Origin: Nitrosopumilus sp. H13
GTDB taxonomy: Archaea > Thermoproteota > Nitrososphaeria > Nitrososphaerales > Nitrosopumilaceae
Assembly: GCA_003724285.1 (NCBI GenBank)
Contig: RHFB01000044.1
Coordinates: 1 to 47,710 of the forward strand
Length of the DNA stretch: 47,710 nt
Reading direction: 5' to 3'
The translations under genes and the position numbers were made by a program. Below, in pieces: positions 36,303-44,623 of the stretch (positions are counted from its first letter, which is position 1; every line of letters starts with the position of its first letter). The notes under the pieces are model-generated. The model searched no databases, was not told the DNA's origin, and was given only the letters and a program-made list of their open reading frames with translations.

Positions 36303-36952
36303 TAGCGCGTTACCCATTCAGTGGAGTATTTTAGCAGGTTGTCCTCCTCTGCGTCCATAAAGTCGTGCACCTCTACATAGTTGGTCTTGTTCTCCCAGAG
36401 GTTCTCAAAGTCCCTCATCTTTCTCTCCACCCTGGTGCTGTCGTTCCATGACGTAAACACATCGACTGACTCAAAGTCCCTTGTCTGCGTCGAAAACGAC
36501 TCGCCGGACGTCCCGGTAAACGCGACTGACTGCCCCTGCACGTCGCTGAATATGCCTATCCTCTCTGAGAACGAGTCTGCCACCTCTTCGGAGTTTGGTA
36601 TGGCCACCTTTAGCTCGATCTGGCCCCGCTCCACGGTATCTTGGAGGCTCTTTATCTTGGCATTCTTGATGAGCTTGCCCCCAAAGGACTTTGATGACTT
36701 TGAGAATATCTTTGAGAGCACGTTGAGATCCTCCGTCCTGAACCTGTGGCCAGTAATCATCCTTATCTTTGCCTTTCCCATTGCAAAGTTTTCAAACGCC
36801 ATTGATATGGTAATCAACGTGTGAATGGACAAAAAATCCACGCACCTGTCGTACCTGACGCAGTTGCTCAGGCAGGGAAAAAAGAACTCTGATACAATGT
36901 CGTCCTTGTCAGAGCGGTACTCTTCTTTTAGGTCTATCTCCCTCAAGCTCAA
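36299..36952 (-). CDS. Stand-alone PLD-like domain resembling the N-terminus of Dnd-associated/SF2 helicases
   Basis: YRSDKDDIVSEFFFPCL, YDRCV, ELKVA, IGIFSD, VAFTG, FESVDVFTSW and FENLW. Confidence 0.75.
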   Translation of the reverse strand: MSLREIDLKEEYRSDKDDIVSEFFFPCLSNCVRYDRCVDFLSIHTLITISMAFENFAMGKAKIRMITGHRFRTEDLNVLSKIFSKSSKSFGGKLIKNAKIKSLQDTVERGQIELKVAIPNSEEVADSFSERIGIFSDVQGQSVAFTGTSGESFSTQTRDFESVDVFTSWNDSTRVERKMRDFENLWENKTNYVEVHDFMDAEEDNLLKYSTEWVTRY

Positions 36953-36994
36953 TGCTGGTAAACGCCGTCCGTATTATTTAAAGAAACAACCGAG

Positions 36995-37069
36995 TGCTCC
37001 CATCGGGATTTGAACCCGAGTCTTTGGCTTGAGAAGCCAAAATGCTTAACCGGACTACACTATAGGAGC
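36995..37069 (-). tRNA. tRNA-Glu(CTC)
   Basis: GCTCCTA/TGGGAGC acceptor stem, TTGGC-TTCTCAA-GCCAA anticodon arm, GGTTCAAATCC. CCA not encoded. Confidence 0.95.
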
Positions 37070-37174
37070 TTGATACGGTGCGAGCCCGTTCTCAATTTAA
37101 AGGAAATGCTTTGAATGAGTTTGTAAATTTTTACGGCTCGCTTCATTTATAGAAAATCCTCCCGCATGTCACGC

Positions 37175-38035
37175 ATGGATGCAAAAAAACTTTTGGCAGA
37201 TCTCGGCATGTCCGGGCATCCTGCAGGACTCGCCGGCTGTCGCGCGTCAGGCGGGCATTTTGAGGCATGCGCGCATGACATAGTGGTCTTTGACGGGGGC
37301 TCTGGCTCGGAGACGGCAGAGTCAGGCGGCGAGACGGCAGTCGTGCGGCACGCGTCGCTGTCTGAGACACGCTCAGGACGCCTGCTTGGGTATGACAGGA
37401 TGCAGGTAATCTGCGACGAGTCGTGGGAGCTGCACATGCTGCTGGCCAGGATAAGTCAGAGGCGCCAGATGCTGTATGCGGATCATACCAGACACTGCCT
37501 TGTCGAGTCGCTACTCTGCTGCCAGAAGAGCAGGCAGCACTCTGGCGTGCCAGGCTCGTGCTGGCAAAAGTGCGCCTCGTACTATCTGGCAGATGCCATC
37601 TGCGCTCTCAACTCTGGCGTCCCGGGATCATCACACATGCTTGATGCCCTGCGCGGCATGCAAAAGGCTGGAGGGCATGTAGAGACCGTTACAAGGACAG
37701 TAGGAACAGAGCGCGCAACGCCGACACTGCTTGAGCGCATGTCAAAGTCCGCTGTGGGGCTTGCAGACATGGCAGGACTGGTCTCCAAGACAATCGGGTC
37801 AAAGTGCGCATATCTCATGAAAAACTCAATGCCGTCGGACTGTTACTTTTACCTGTGCTATTCAAGCAGGGAAAGCTTTGTGAGTCTGATGGGCGCATCC
37901 GGGAAAAAGCCCGACATTGAACACATCTCAAAGACGGCGTTTGACATCGAGTCAGATCCCAACATGGTGATGCAGCACGTAGAGCTTGTAGAGGCGTCAT
38001 GCAACGAGTTGCTAGGCGAGTCACATCAAAAGTAA
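37175..38035 (+). CDS. Conserved hypothetical protein, degenerate nucleotidyltransferase-like fold
   Basis: GLAGCRASG...CAHDIVVFD resembles a GS...DxD motif; helical C-terminal domain. Confidence 0.7.
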   Translation: MDAKKLLADLGMSGHPAGLAGCRASGGHFEACAHDIVVFDGGSGSETAESGGETAVVRHASLSETRSGRLLGYDRMQVICDESWELHMLLARISQRRQMLYADHTRHCLVESLLCCQKSRQHSGVPGSCWQKCASYYLADAICALNSGVPGSSHMLDALRGMQKAGGHVETVTRTVGTERATPTLLERMSKSAVGLADMAGLVSKTIGSKCAYLMKNSMPSDCYFYLCYSSRESFVSLMGASGKKPDIEHISKTAFDIESDPNMVMQHVELVEASCNELLGESHQK

Positions 38036-38204
38036 TGCCATGTGCGCACAGACACTGCATCCGAACTTGTGATTTTACCCGGATCTTCCACTCCGGCAAA
38101 AATCTTACCAGTCCAAACCGCGCAGTGGATCAAATCACCGGCGCACTGAAATCTGGACAGGTACGACCATAACCCATATAGCATCGCAGTATAAAGCGTA
38201 CTGC

Positions 38205-38399
38205 ATGTCGGCGCTAATAGGATATGTAATCATGCCTTTTATGGTCCTTGCCACCGTCATGTCATTTTACAATCTTTACGGACTCTTAAAGACTGCAAAC
38301 CTGAGGACGCCGGGAAACTTTGCCGTGATCGCATCACTGGCGTTTGTGGCCTGCGGCTGCGTCTGGGTGTGCTATGTGATCTGGGAGACATATCTGTAG
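38205..38399 (+). CDS. Small membrane protein (2 TM)
   Basis: 64 aa with two hydrophobic helices. Confidence 0.55.
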   Translation: MSALIGYVIMPFMVLATVMSFYNLYGLLKTANLRTPGNFAVIASLAFVACGCVWVCYVIWETYL

Positions 38400-38507
38400 G
38401 ATGGCTCTAGAATACTGCCTACGATCGGGCAAAAACGCCCGTTCCACGCACGCCTCGTGCGGGAACAAAGAGCTAACCTTTTAAAACAAGTACGCCGTTG
38501 GTAACTC

Positions 38508-38651
38508 ATGGTAGATCAAGCATGTGGATGCGAAGCCGCCAGCGGCGATCCTGATTATGCGTGTGACTGTGCAATGCAGGGACACTGTATATGCAGCGCT
38601 GACTGCAAGTGCAAGACTGACGTCTGCAAAGAGGCCACAAAGGCACTCTAA
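38508..38651 (+). CDS. Metallothionein-like Cys-rich microprotein (47 aa)
   Basis: MVDQACGCEAASGDPDYACDCAMQGHCICSADCKCKTDVCKEATKAL*, 9 Cys with 4 CxC. TTTTAAAA at about 38479-38486 and a T-tract after the stop. Not in the ORF track. Confidence 0.75.
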   Translation: MVDQACGCEAASGDPDYACDCAMQGHCICSADCKCKTDVCKEATKAL

Positions 38652-38658
38652 CTGGTAA

Positions 38659-38674
38659 TTTTTTTATTTTTTTT
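38659..38674 (+). terminator. Oligo-T archaeal terminator
   Basis: TTTTTTTATTTTTTTT begins 8 nt after the TAA of the Cys-rich gene. Confidence 0.6.
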
Positions 38675-38816
38675 ATTCTTCTTCCTCATCTAGACCCCAT
38701 GACTTTACAAGCTCCTTTTGGAACTTGTCTGCCTGCTTTTCATCAAGGGCAAAGCCGCAGTTCTTGTGGGTGGGAACTACGGTCATTCCGTCAAGCTTGA
38801 ACTCGACTTCGTACAC
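38673..38816 (-). CDS. Hypothetical microprotein (47 aa) with acidic tail
   Basis: GTG start: MYEVEFKLDGMTVVPTHKNCGFALDEKQADKFQKELVKSWGLDEEEE*. Codon usage resembles host genes. Not in the ORF track. Confidence 0.65.
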   Translation of the reverse strand: MYEVEFKLDGMTVVPTHKNCGFALDEKQADKFQKELVKSWGLDEEEE

Positions 38817-38898
38817 AAATTGCCTCTATATTTGCCTTTGAGACGTAATACGAATATTGAACAACGTTTAACTATTGGTTTTGCCTATTTTTTACAGG

Positions 38899-40395
38899 TT
38901 GAAGACCTCTCTGTTCATACTATCTGCCATGTCCGTACTGCTAGCTGCAGGCATTGCGCCGGCGTACGCGCAGTTTCAGTCCGGCGGCGTGGACAAGGCA
39001 GGATCATGGCACGTGGGCGAGGGCCTCAAGCAGGGGGACTATTTCTACTATTCAATGTGCTATGTGGACTACAAGGAATGCGTAAATTTTGAGATGGAAC
39101 TGTGGATAAAAGGGGACGTGCAGTCCGGCTCTGAGACAAAATGGCTTGCAGAGGCCGTGGTGTATGACGGCAACAAGGTGGTAAAGGGCGAGATTGAGCT
39201 TGGAAAGATTGCGCCAGAGCCGACAGGTGGAAGCTCCGAGCTTGGAGTGTACAGGGGGGCATTCAAGTCCTCAGTTGTGTGGCTGTCTGCATTTGCGACT
39301 GCCGACACTGGCACAAGCGGCAAGGGGCCCAAAGAGTTTGCCGCAAAATCCTGGGGCAAGATTGGAAACATTGGAGGCGAGCAGGTGATCCCGATGGCTC
39401 TAGAGACAGTCAGAACTCAATCTGGCACATGGGATACGGTACTGGTGGGATGGAAGACGGGAGGAGTCACAAGCAAGGTCTGGATTGTAGACGAGTTTCC
39501 GTTTCCGGTAAAGGCAAAGACGTTCACACACGTATCTGAGGGGATCGCGCCAGTCGAGTACGAGTTTGAGCTTGTGAAATACGAGGAGAACGTGCAGCAG
39601 AGCCCGTTTGCAGACGTAGAGCCTACCGGACAAGAGTTTGTCGGCAGGGGATGCGACACCGGCATTGAAAAAGAGGTGACCATAAAGCGGTCCACTGCAA
39701 ACTTTGACTATCAGATATACGCATTTTACGGCCCTGCAGAACCTATCCAGGGGTGCCCCATGGAGTGGCTAATCAAGTTCATAAGCAAGTACGATGACAC
39801 AGAGTTCCTAAACCAGGTGCATTTTGACTTTTTGGTGCTAGAAGACGACCGATCCATCAAGAGATCCATCGCAAAGGAGGAGGGCAGGCAGTTCCTGTAC
39901 TCGCCGTCAGGCCAGTACGAGCTTGACATGATTGTAAAGGAGAGTCCGGGGGATGTGACCTATACAATACTGGTGTACGGTCTGGCTCCAGAAAACTGGG
40001 TTCCTGATGCGACGCCTGACTATCTGGAGATCCCGGTCTTGATACTCCCAAGTGATTCGGGTTATGTGCAGCCGACACCGCCGGTATCCGCGCCGACACC
40101 GCCCGTGACCCAGCCAACAGAGCAGACCGCGGTTCCAGACTGGATAAAAGACACCACCAAATTATGGATAGACGGCGACATTGATGATGCGACCTTTGTA
40201 AACGGCATACAGTTTCTAATCAACAAAGGTATAATCGTGATCCCGCCTACTGCTCAGGGCTCGTCTGACTCTGCAGAGATCCCCAGCTGGATAAAAGACA
40301 CTGCCAAATTATGGATCGACGGCGACATTGATGATGCGACCTTTGTAAACGGCATACAGTTTCTAATCAAAGAGGGAATCATCTCCCTGTCCTAA
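38899..40395 (+). CDS. Secreted protein with Pro/Thr linker and two C-terminal PxWIK...GIQFLI repeats (thaumarchaeal surface-anchor type)
   Basis: Signal peptide (...APAYA|Q), PTPP linker and two copies of (V/I)P(D/S)WIKDT.KLWIDGDIDDATFVNGIQFLI. Probable start TTG 38899. Confidence 0.85.
   Translation: MKTSLFILSAMSVLLAAGIAPAYAQFQSGGVDKAGSWHVGEGLKQGDYFYYSMCYVDYKECVNFEMELWIKGDVQSGSETKWLAEAVVYDGNKVVKGEIELGKIAPEPTGGSSELGVYRGAFKSSVVWLSAFATADTGTSGKGPKEFAAKSWGKIGNIGGEQVIPMALETVRTQSGTWDTVLVGWKTGGVTSKVWIVDEFPFPVKAKTFTHVSEGIAPVEYEFELVKYEENVQQSPFADVEPTGQEFVGRGCDTGIEKEVTIKRSTANFDYQIYAFYGPAEPIQGCPMEWLIKFISKYDDTEFLNQVHFDFLVLEDDRSIKRSIAKEEGRQFLYSPSGQYELDMIVKESPGDVTYTILVYGLAPENWVPDATPDYLEIPVLILPSDSGYVQPTPPVSAPTPPVTQPTEQTAVPDWIKDTTKLWIDGDIDDATFVNGIQFLINKGIIVIPPTAQGSSDSAEIPSWIKDTAKLWIDGDIDDATFVNGIQFLIKEGIISLS
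40140..40370 (+). repeat. Two 84-bp direct repeats (40140-40223 and 40287-40370)
   Basis: Three mismatches over 84 bp; period 147 bp. Confidence 0.9.
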
Positions 40396-40431
40396 TACAT
40401 TCAAATTGACTCTGTTTATGACGAGACTGCG

Positions 40432-40788
40432 ATGACTGGCCTCTTTTTGTACCCAAAGCGCCGCCTCAGAAAGCTTATACGGGACGGCGAGTACGCAGAG
40501 GCGGTAAAATTCGGCGAGAGCATAAGGGGGAACTTTGAGGGGGATCACGACTTTATGTTCATCATGGGCAGCATCTATTACATGGTGGAGGACCCAAGGA
40601 AGGCGCTTGACTATTTTGAAAAGGCGGCAAGCCTTGGTGAGGACGTCGAGACGCTAAAGCTAAAGGCAAACGCCCACCTGGATATCGGGGACAAGGACGG
40701 GGCAGAGCAGTGCTGCAGGCAGGTTCTCAAAATCGACCCAAAAAACCCTGAAGCCCAGTCGCTACTTGAAAAGCTAGAGGCGCTCTAG
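40432..40788 (+). CDS. Tetratricopeptide repeat protein
   Basis: MGSIYY...ALDYFEKA and A..DIG...A...C..VLKIDPKN TPR patterns. Confidence 0.85.
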   Translation: MTGLFLYPKRRLRKLIRDGEYAEAVKFGESIRGNFEGDHDFMFIMGSIYYMVEDPRKALDYFEKAASLGEDVETLKLKANAHLDIGDKDGAEQCCRQVLKIDPKNPEAQSLLEKLEAL

Positions 40789-41255
40789 GACTTTAGCCCG
40801 TACGCGTTCTCCATCAGCCAGTCGCAAAATGCCGTGACATTCTCGTCAAACTCTGTCCAGATGTGCAGAGAATGCGGCAGCACGTCTATCTTCCAGGTAT
40901 TGGTGTACACCCTGACGCCTTCCTTGTTCTCGTACATGTACGCGTCTTCTGTCTTTACGTCCCCTAGCAGCTCTACTGCCTTTTTCTTTATGAGCTCCCG
41001 GTCTATTGGGAATCTCTTGCGGTCATAGTCGATTATCATGCTCAGATCCCTTTTTCCATACATCTCTGACTCTTCAATCCTGCCCTCCTTTGGAAAGTTG
41101 ACTATCAGCTTTATGCCGTATCTGGCGCCGACCTCCTTTCCAATCTCCACGATTCTTGTGTATGCCTGCCCGGGACTCTTTTTGAGCAGGAAAGTTATCT
41201 GGGCGAGATCCTTTTTGAGGCTGGCCTGCAAGTCTGCCGTAATTTCAGAGAACAC
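40785..41255 (-). CDS. Conserved hypothetical protein
   Basis: Clean ORF (DAYMYENKEG, KIDVLPHSLHIW) with a CTAG stop overlap. Confidence 0.75.
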   Translation of the reverse strand: MFSEITADLQASLKKDLAQITFLLKKSPGQAYTRIVEIGKEVGARYGIKLIVNFPKEGRIEESEMYGKRDLSMIIDYDRKRFPIDRELIKKKAVELLGDVKTEDAYMYENKEGVRVYTNTWKIDVLPHSLHIWTEFDENVTAFCDWLMENAYGLKS

Positions 41256-41299
41256 TGCTGGTGTGTATGCGGTATGATATTAAATGATTATGTCCAGGA

Positions 41300-41614
41300 C
41301 TATTTCAGATCCCTGTCTTCTTGCTCGCCTAGCCACTTTAGCGTCTCTAGCATGTCGCTCTTTGACATCTTGCCGTCTTGCACCATCCTGCTCATCTCTG
41401 CCATCTCTTTTCCGTGAGTCTTTTTGTAGTATCTGTCCACGGTTCCGGCCTTTGCGGCAAGCAGGAACATCCTGTGGACTGCCTCCATGTCGCTTATCTC
41501 GCCGTTTCTTGCAAGCGCAAATATATCATAAAACTCGTCTGTGTGCCTGTCTATCATGTATGAGACGAGCGTCTTTTTCTCCTGTCCTAGCAGCCTCTTA
41601 AAAAAACCCATCAT
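41300..41614 (-). CDS. Hypothetical protein
   Basis: MMGFFKRLLG start lies about 25 nt from TATTAA; no recognised motif. Confidence 0.55.
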   Translation of the reverse strand: MMGFFKRLLGQEKKTLVSYMIDRHTDEFYDIFALARNGEISDMEAVHRMFLLAAKAGTVDRYYKKTHGKEMAEMSRMVQDGKMSKSDMLETLKWLGEQEDRDLK

Positions 41615-41717
41615 CTGATAGCGGGATCTGCTCTTAATATTCATAGCTTGCAGCCAGAACCTAAATCATGCCACCGGAATGGTTTTTTTAGAGCCACCAG
41701 ATATGTCATGTATGGCA

Positions 41718-42356
41718 ATGCCGATGGACTATGACGGCATGAGGACAGACGACTCTTCAGAGCGCACAGACAATGTAGACGAGTACAGGCGCACGTGCAT
41801 CGACTTTGTCGAGGATATATCGCACGACTATGAGGCGTGGGTGGACTATTACAAGCTCCCAAAAGACGAGGATGATCATAGGCGCAAGGGAATACAGGCC
41901 ACGATAACCCGCACCAACGAATGGATTGCAAAGGTGGCCCAGTCAATCAAGGCAGTAGACGTGGTGATGAACGACGGGATTCAAAAGATGGCCGAATCCA
42001 CTGCAGGCAAGCCGCTGGAGTTTGGCGTGTTTGTAAACTCCCGGTCAAGCTATACCGAGGCCAGCCCGGGCGTAATCGACATCAACGTAAAGGCTCATGG
42101 AAGAAAGGGGAGAAAGATGAACCTCGGGTTCCACTTTAAAGACGACAGGTTCCGCATCGAGTCCACCTGTGGCGCGTACATTGAGGAATCCGACCTGCCT
42201 GCTGACGGGTTTGAAACGATGGACATACACCTAAAGCTGCATGCAGAAAATGCAAAACGGCGCGACGTGGTCTCCTTTACGGTCACGGTAAGCGAGATAG
42301 AAAACGGGGTCGAGATAGACAAGCGGGGCCTGTCTACAATCATACATCTGGTGTGA
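41718..42356 (+). CDS. Conserved hypothetical protein
   Basis: Long clean acidic ORF; start uncertain (41679-41724). Confidence 0.7.
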   Translation: MPMDYDGMRTDDSSERTDNVDEYRRTCIDFVEDISHDYEAWVDYYKLPKDEDDHRRKGIQATITRTNEWIAKVAQSIKAVDVVMNDGIQKMAESTAGKPLEFGVFVNSRSSYTEASPGVIDINVKAHGRKGRKMNLGFHFKDDRFRIESTCGAYIEESDLPADGFETMDIHLKLHAENAKRRDVVSFTVTVSEIENGVEIDKRGLSTIIHLV

Positions 42357-44531
42357 CTACCTTACAAACTCTACAAACTTGCCGGTTCCCTTTAGCTTTA
42401 CAGAGTTGATCTCGCCTAGATCCTCAAAGTCGTTCATCTTTAGGCGATCCTCAGACAGGGTGTACAGGACGTCGCCAATGTAAAACGTCCTTCCGCCTAT
42501 CTCTATGTACTCGTATTGGTTCAGGTACGAGTGGACTATCTTTCCCTTGAGGACAAACCCGTCCTCATCAAGATCAAAGACGTAAAAGCCGTTCCAGAGG
42601 TCATCTGCAGCCCCAGAGCCGGACACGCCATCAAGACTGCTGACAAATCCTGTTATGGGAATGGAGAGTACCCCTCTTTCAAAAAAGAACGCCTTGTGGT
42701 CATCTAGGGCATCAGAGTACGTGGAATCCTCCCCTATTACTATGTCTGCGGCAACTTTTGGATTTGCCACGTCTGCCACGTTGAACAGGGCGATCTTTAT
42801 TCCAAGCTGCCTGACCCAGCCGTCCTTGTTAGTTGTGTCCCTGCCTATGCCGATCACGTGATCCTCGTCATACGGGTGCAGATAGTTTGAGAATCCCGGG
42901 ATCTTCAGCTCGCCTAGTATCTTTGGAGTGTCAGACGACAGATCAATCACAAAGAACGGATCAACTTGCTGGAACGTCACAAGGTACAGCCTGTCTCCCA
43001 TGAATCTGGCAGAAAAGATGCTCTCATCTGGGGCTATGTTCTCCAGCTCGCCCACGGTCTTCATGTTCTCATCTAGCACGTATACCGCGTTTGCAATCTC
43101 CAGACTTCCTCTTGAAGTGTATGTCTCTGTAGTGGTTGCAATCCTGAATCTGTCGCCGTCCTGGTCCATCGAGAACTGGTTGAGCAGCATGCCTGGAACT
43201 ATGCCCCTTGCCACGTACTCTGTATTCTGACCGTCAAGTGATATCTTGTGTATTATGGTCCTGACGGCATCCTCTTTAATGCCCGAGTCGTACTTTTCTG
43301 TGGCATCTCTGATCCTTTCAAACAGATCCTTTCTGTCCTCATCATCCATCCTGTTGTACTGGTCCTGCAACAGGTTCGCTATCTCTGCCCATCCGGCCTC
43401 CCCGTCCCGGGATCTGATCTCCCCTATCTTTTCTTGCAGATCTTTTGGGAGCAGGGGCACTACCGCCCCAAAGAACCTGTCCTGTGGCGAGTCCTCCAGC
43501 ACATCAAAGACTATGTCTTGCAGATATGCAAGATACAGGTGGTCCTCAGATACGTAAAACGTCCCCGTATATCCCATGAGGTACGTCTCTGAGCGTATAG
43601 AGCCGTCGGCTATGTCTATTGCAGTTATGGTGTTAAACGCAGTCAGCCTGTCCGGCGTGTCAAAATAGTACGCCTCTGGAGTCATGACCGGGACGGCATC
43701 TTCTAAAATGACAGGAAACGCCGGGTCCTGATACCTCACGTCCGTGTTTGTCACAAAGTATGCGTGATCCCCGATCATCCTTGCGTCCCTGAAATACCCG
43801 TCAATCGCATAGTCCTTTAGGATCTCCGGGTTTTTCTTGTCCGAGACGTCGACTATCAGGGCGTGGGTTGCAGGAACCGAGTACGTGCGCGGCTCGTAGC
43901 CAAACTCTGGGATCTCATCCCTGTCTGTCTGGCCGTCATAAAATATCACCAGCCTGTCCCCGTTTAGAAACATGTTCTCTATGCTCTTTGACTCGATGTC
44001 AAGCGCAACCTTGAGTACAAGCTCTGCTGACTCTGCAGGGTACGCGTCAATTATGGACAGCGTCTTGTCCAGTACAATGTAGACGTACTTTGCGTCGTTT
44101 TTGACATAGTCTGGCTCGTCTACGTCTCCTACCTGTACGTTAGTCGAGGAATAGTCAGGGGACGAAGTCGGCGCTCCTGACTGCTCGAGTCTGGTACTTT
44201 GAAGATATAGAGCATCATCTAACGCGATACTTGAAAATTCGTCTGGCCCGCCACTCGTCCATTCGGTATCCCCCCCATAGTACGGATAGCCGTCTAGCAT
44301 GACTGATGCCGAAATTATCTCCTCTAGCTCGCCTTGCGATGATATCTTTTTGATCTCATGCGTCCCCTCGAAATTCCCTGAGAATGACTTTGGAACATGG
44401 GCTATCTGCGGCTCTGCCCGGAGCTGGTTAGTGGCGCCTCCGGCATCGACAGAGTATATGGCATACATTGCGCCCGCCGTGGCAACCACGGACACTATCA
44501 CGGCTATCGGTACCATCGTCTTTGCATCCAT
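42357..44531 (-). CDS. Membrane-anchored beta-propeller domain protein (Beta_propel family)
   Basis: N-terminal TM; YSSTNVQVGDVDEPDYVKND, LNQFSMD, RIATT, ARFMGD, VDPFFVID and GELKIPGFSNYLHP. Confidence 0.9.
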   Translation of the reverse strand: MDAKTMVPIAVIVSVVATAGAMYAIYSVDAGGATNQLRAEPQIAHVPKSFSGNFEGTHEIKKISSQGELEEIISASVMLDGYPYYGGDTEWTSGGPDEFSSIALDDALYLQSTRLEQSGAPTSSPDYSSTNVQVGDVDEPDYVKNDAKYVYIVLDKTLSIIDAYPAESAELVLKVALDIESKSIENMFLNGDRLVIFYDGQTDRDEIPEFGYEPRTYSVPATHALIVDVSDKKNPEILKDYAIDGYFRDARMIGDHAYFVTNTDVRYQDPAFPVILEDAVPVMTPEAYYFDTPDRLTAFNTITAIDIADGSIRSETYLMGYTGTFYVSEDHLYLAYLQDIVFDVLEDSPQDRFFGAVVPLLPKDLQEKIGEIRSRDGEAGWAEIANLLQDQYNRMDDEDRKDLFERIRDATEKYDSGIKEDAVRTIIHKISLDGQNTEYVARGIVPGMLLNQFSMDQDGDRFRIATTTETYTSRGSLEIANAVYVLDENMKTVGELENIAPDESIFSARFMGDRLYLVTFQQVDPFFVIDLSSDTPKILGELKIPGFSNYLHPYDEDHVIGIGRDTTNKDGWVRQLGIKIALFNVADVANPKVAADIVIGEDSTYSDALDDHKAFFFERGVLSIPITGFVSSLDGVSGSGAADDLWNGFYVFDLDEDGFVLKGKIVHSYLNQYEYIEIGGRTFYIGDVLYTLSEDRLKMNDFEDLGEINSVKLKGTGKFVEFVR

Positions 44532-44560
44532 GTGGTATCTACGGATGTTTTGAATAAAAG

Positions 44561-44588
44561 GTTTAGTGAAATTCTGATTTTACCAAAC
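44561..44588. promoter_or_regulatory. Imperfect 12-4-12 inverted repeat between divergent promoters
   Basis: GTTTAGTGAAAT-TCTG-ATTTTACCAAAC (10 of 12 positions symmetric), between two TATA-like boxes. Confidence 0.4.
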
Positions 44589-44623
44589 AATTTACATATA
44601 CCGAGAGCCGTCAATCGTGTACA

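Noticed and set aside
34006-37069. Integrated element between the two tRNA genes
   Set aside because: The interval holds core genes (rpl10e, endA); no integrase or duplicated att sequence was found.
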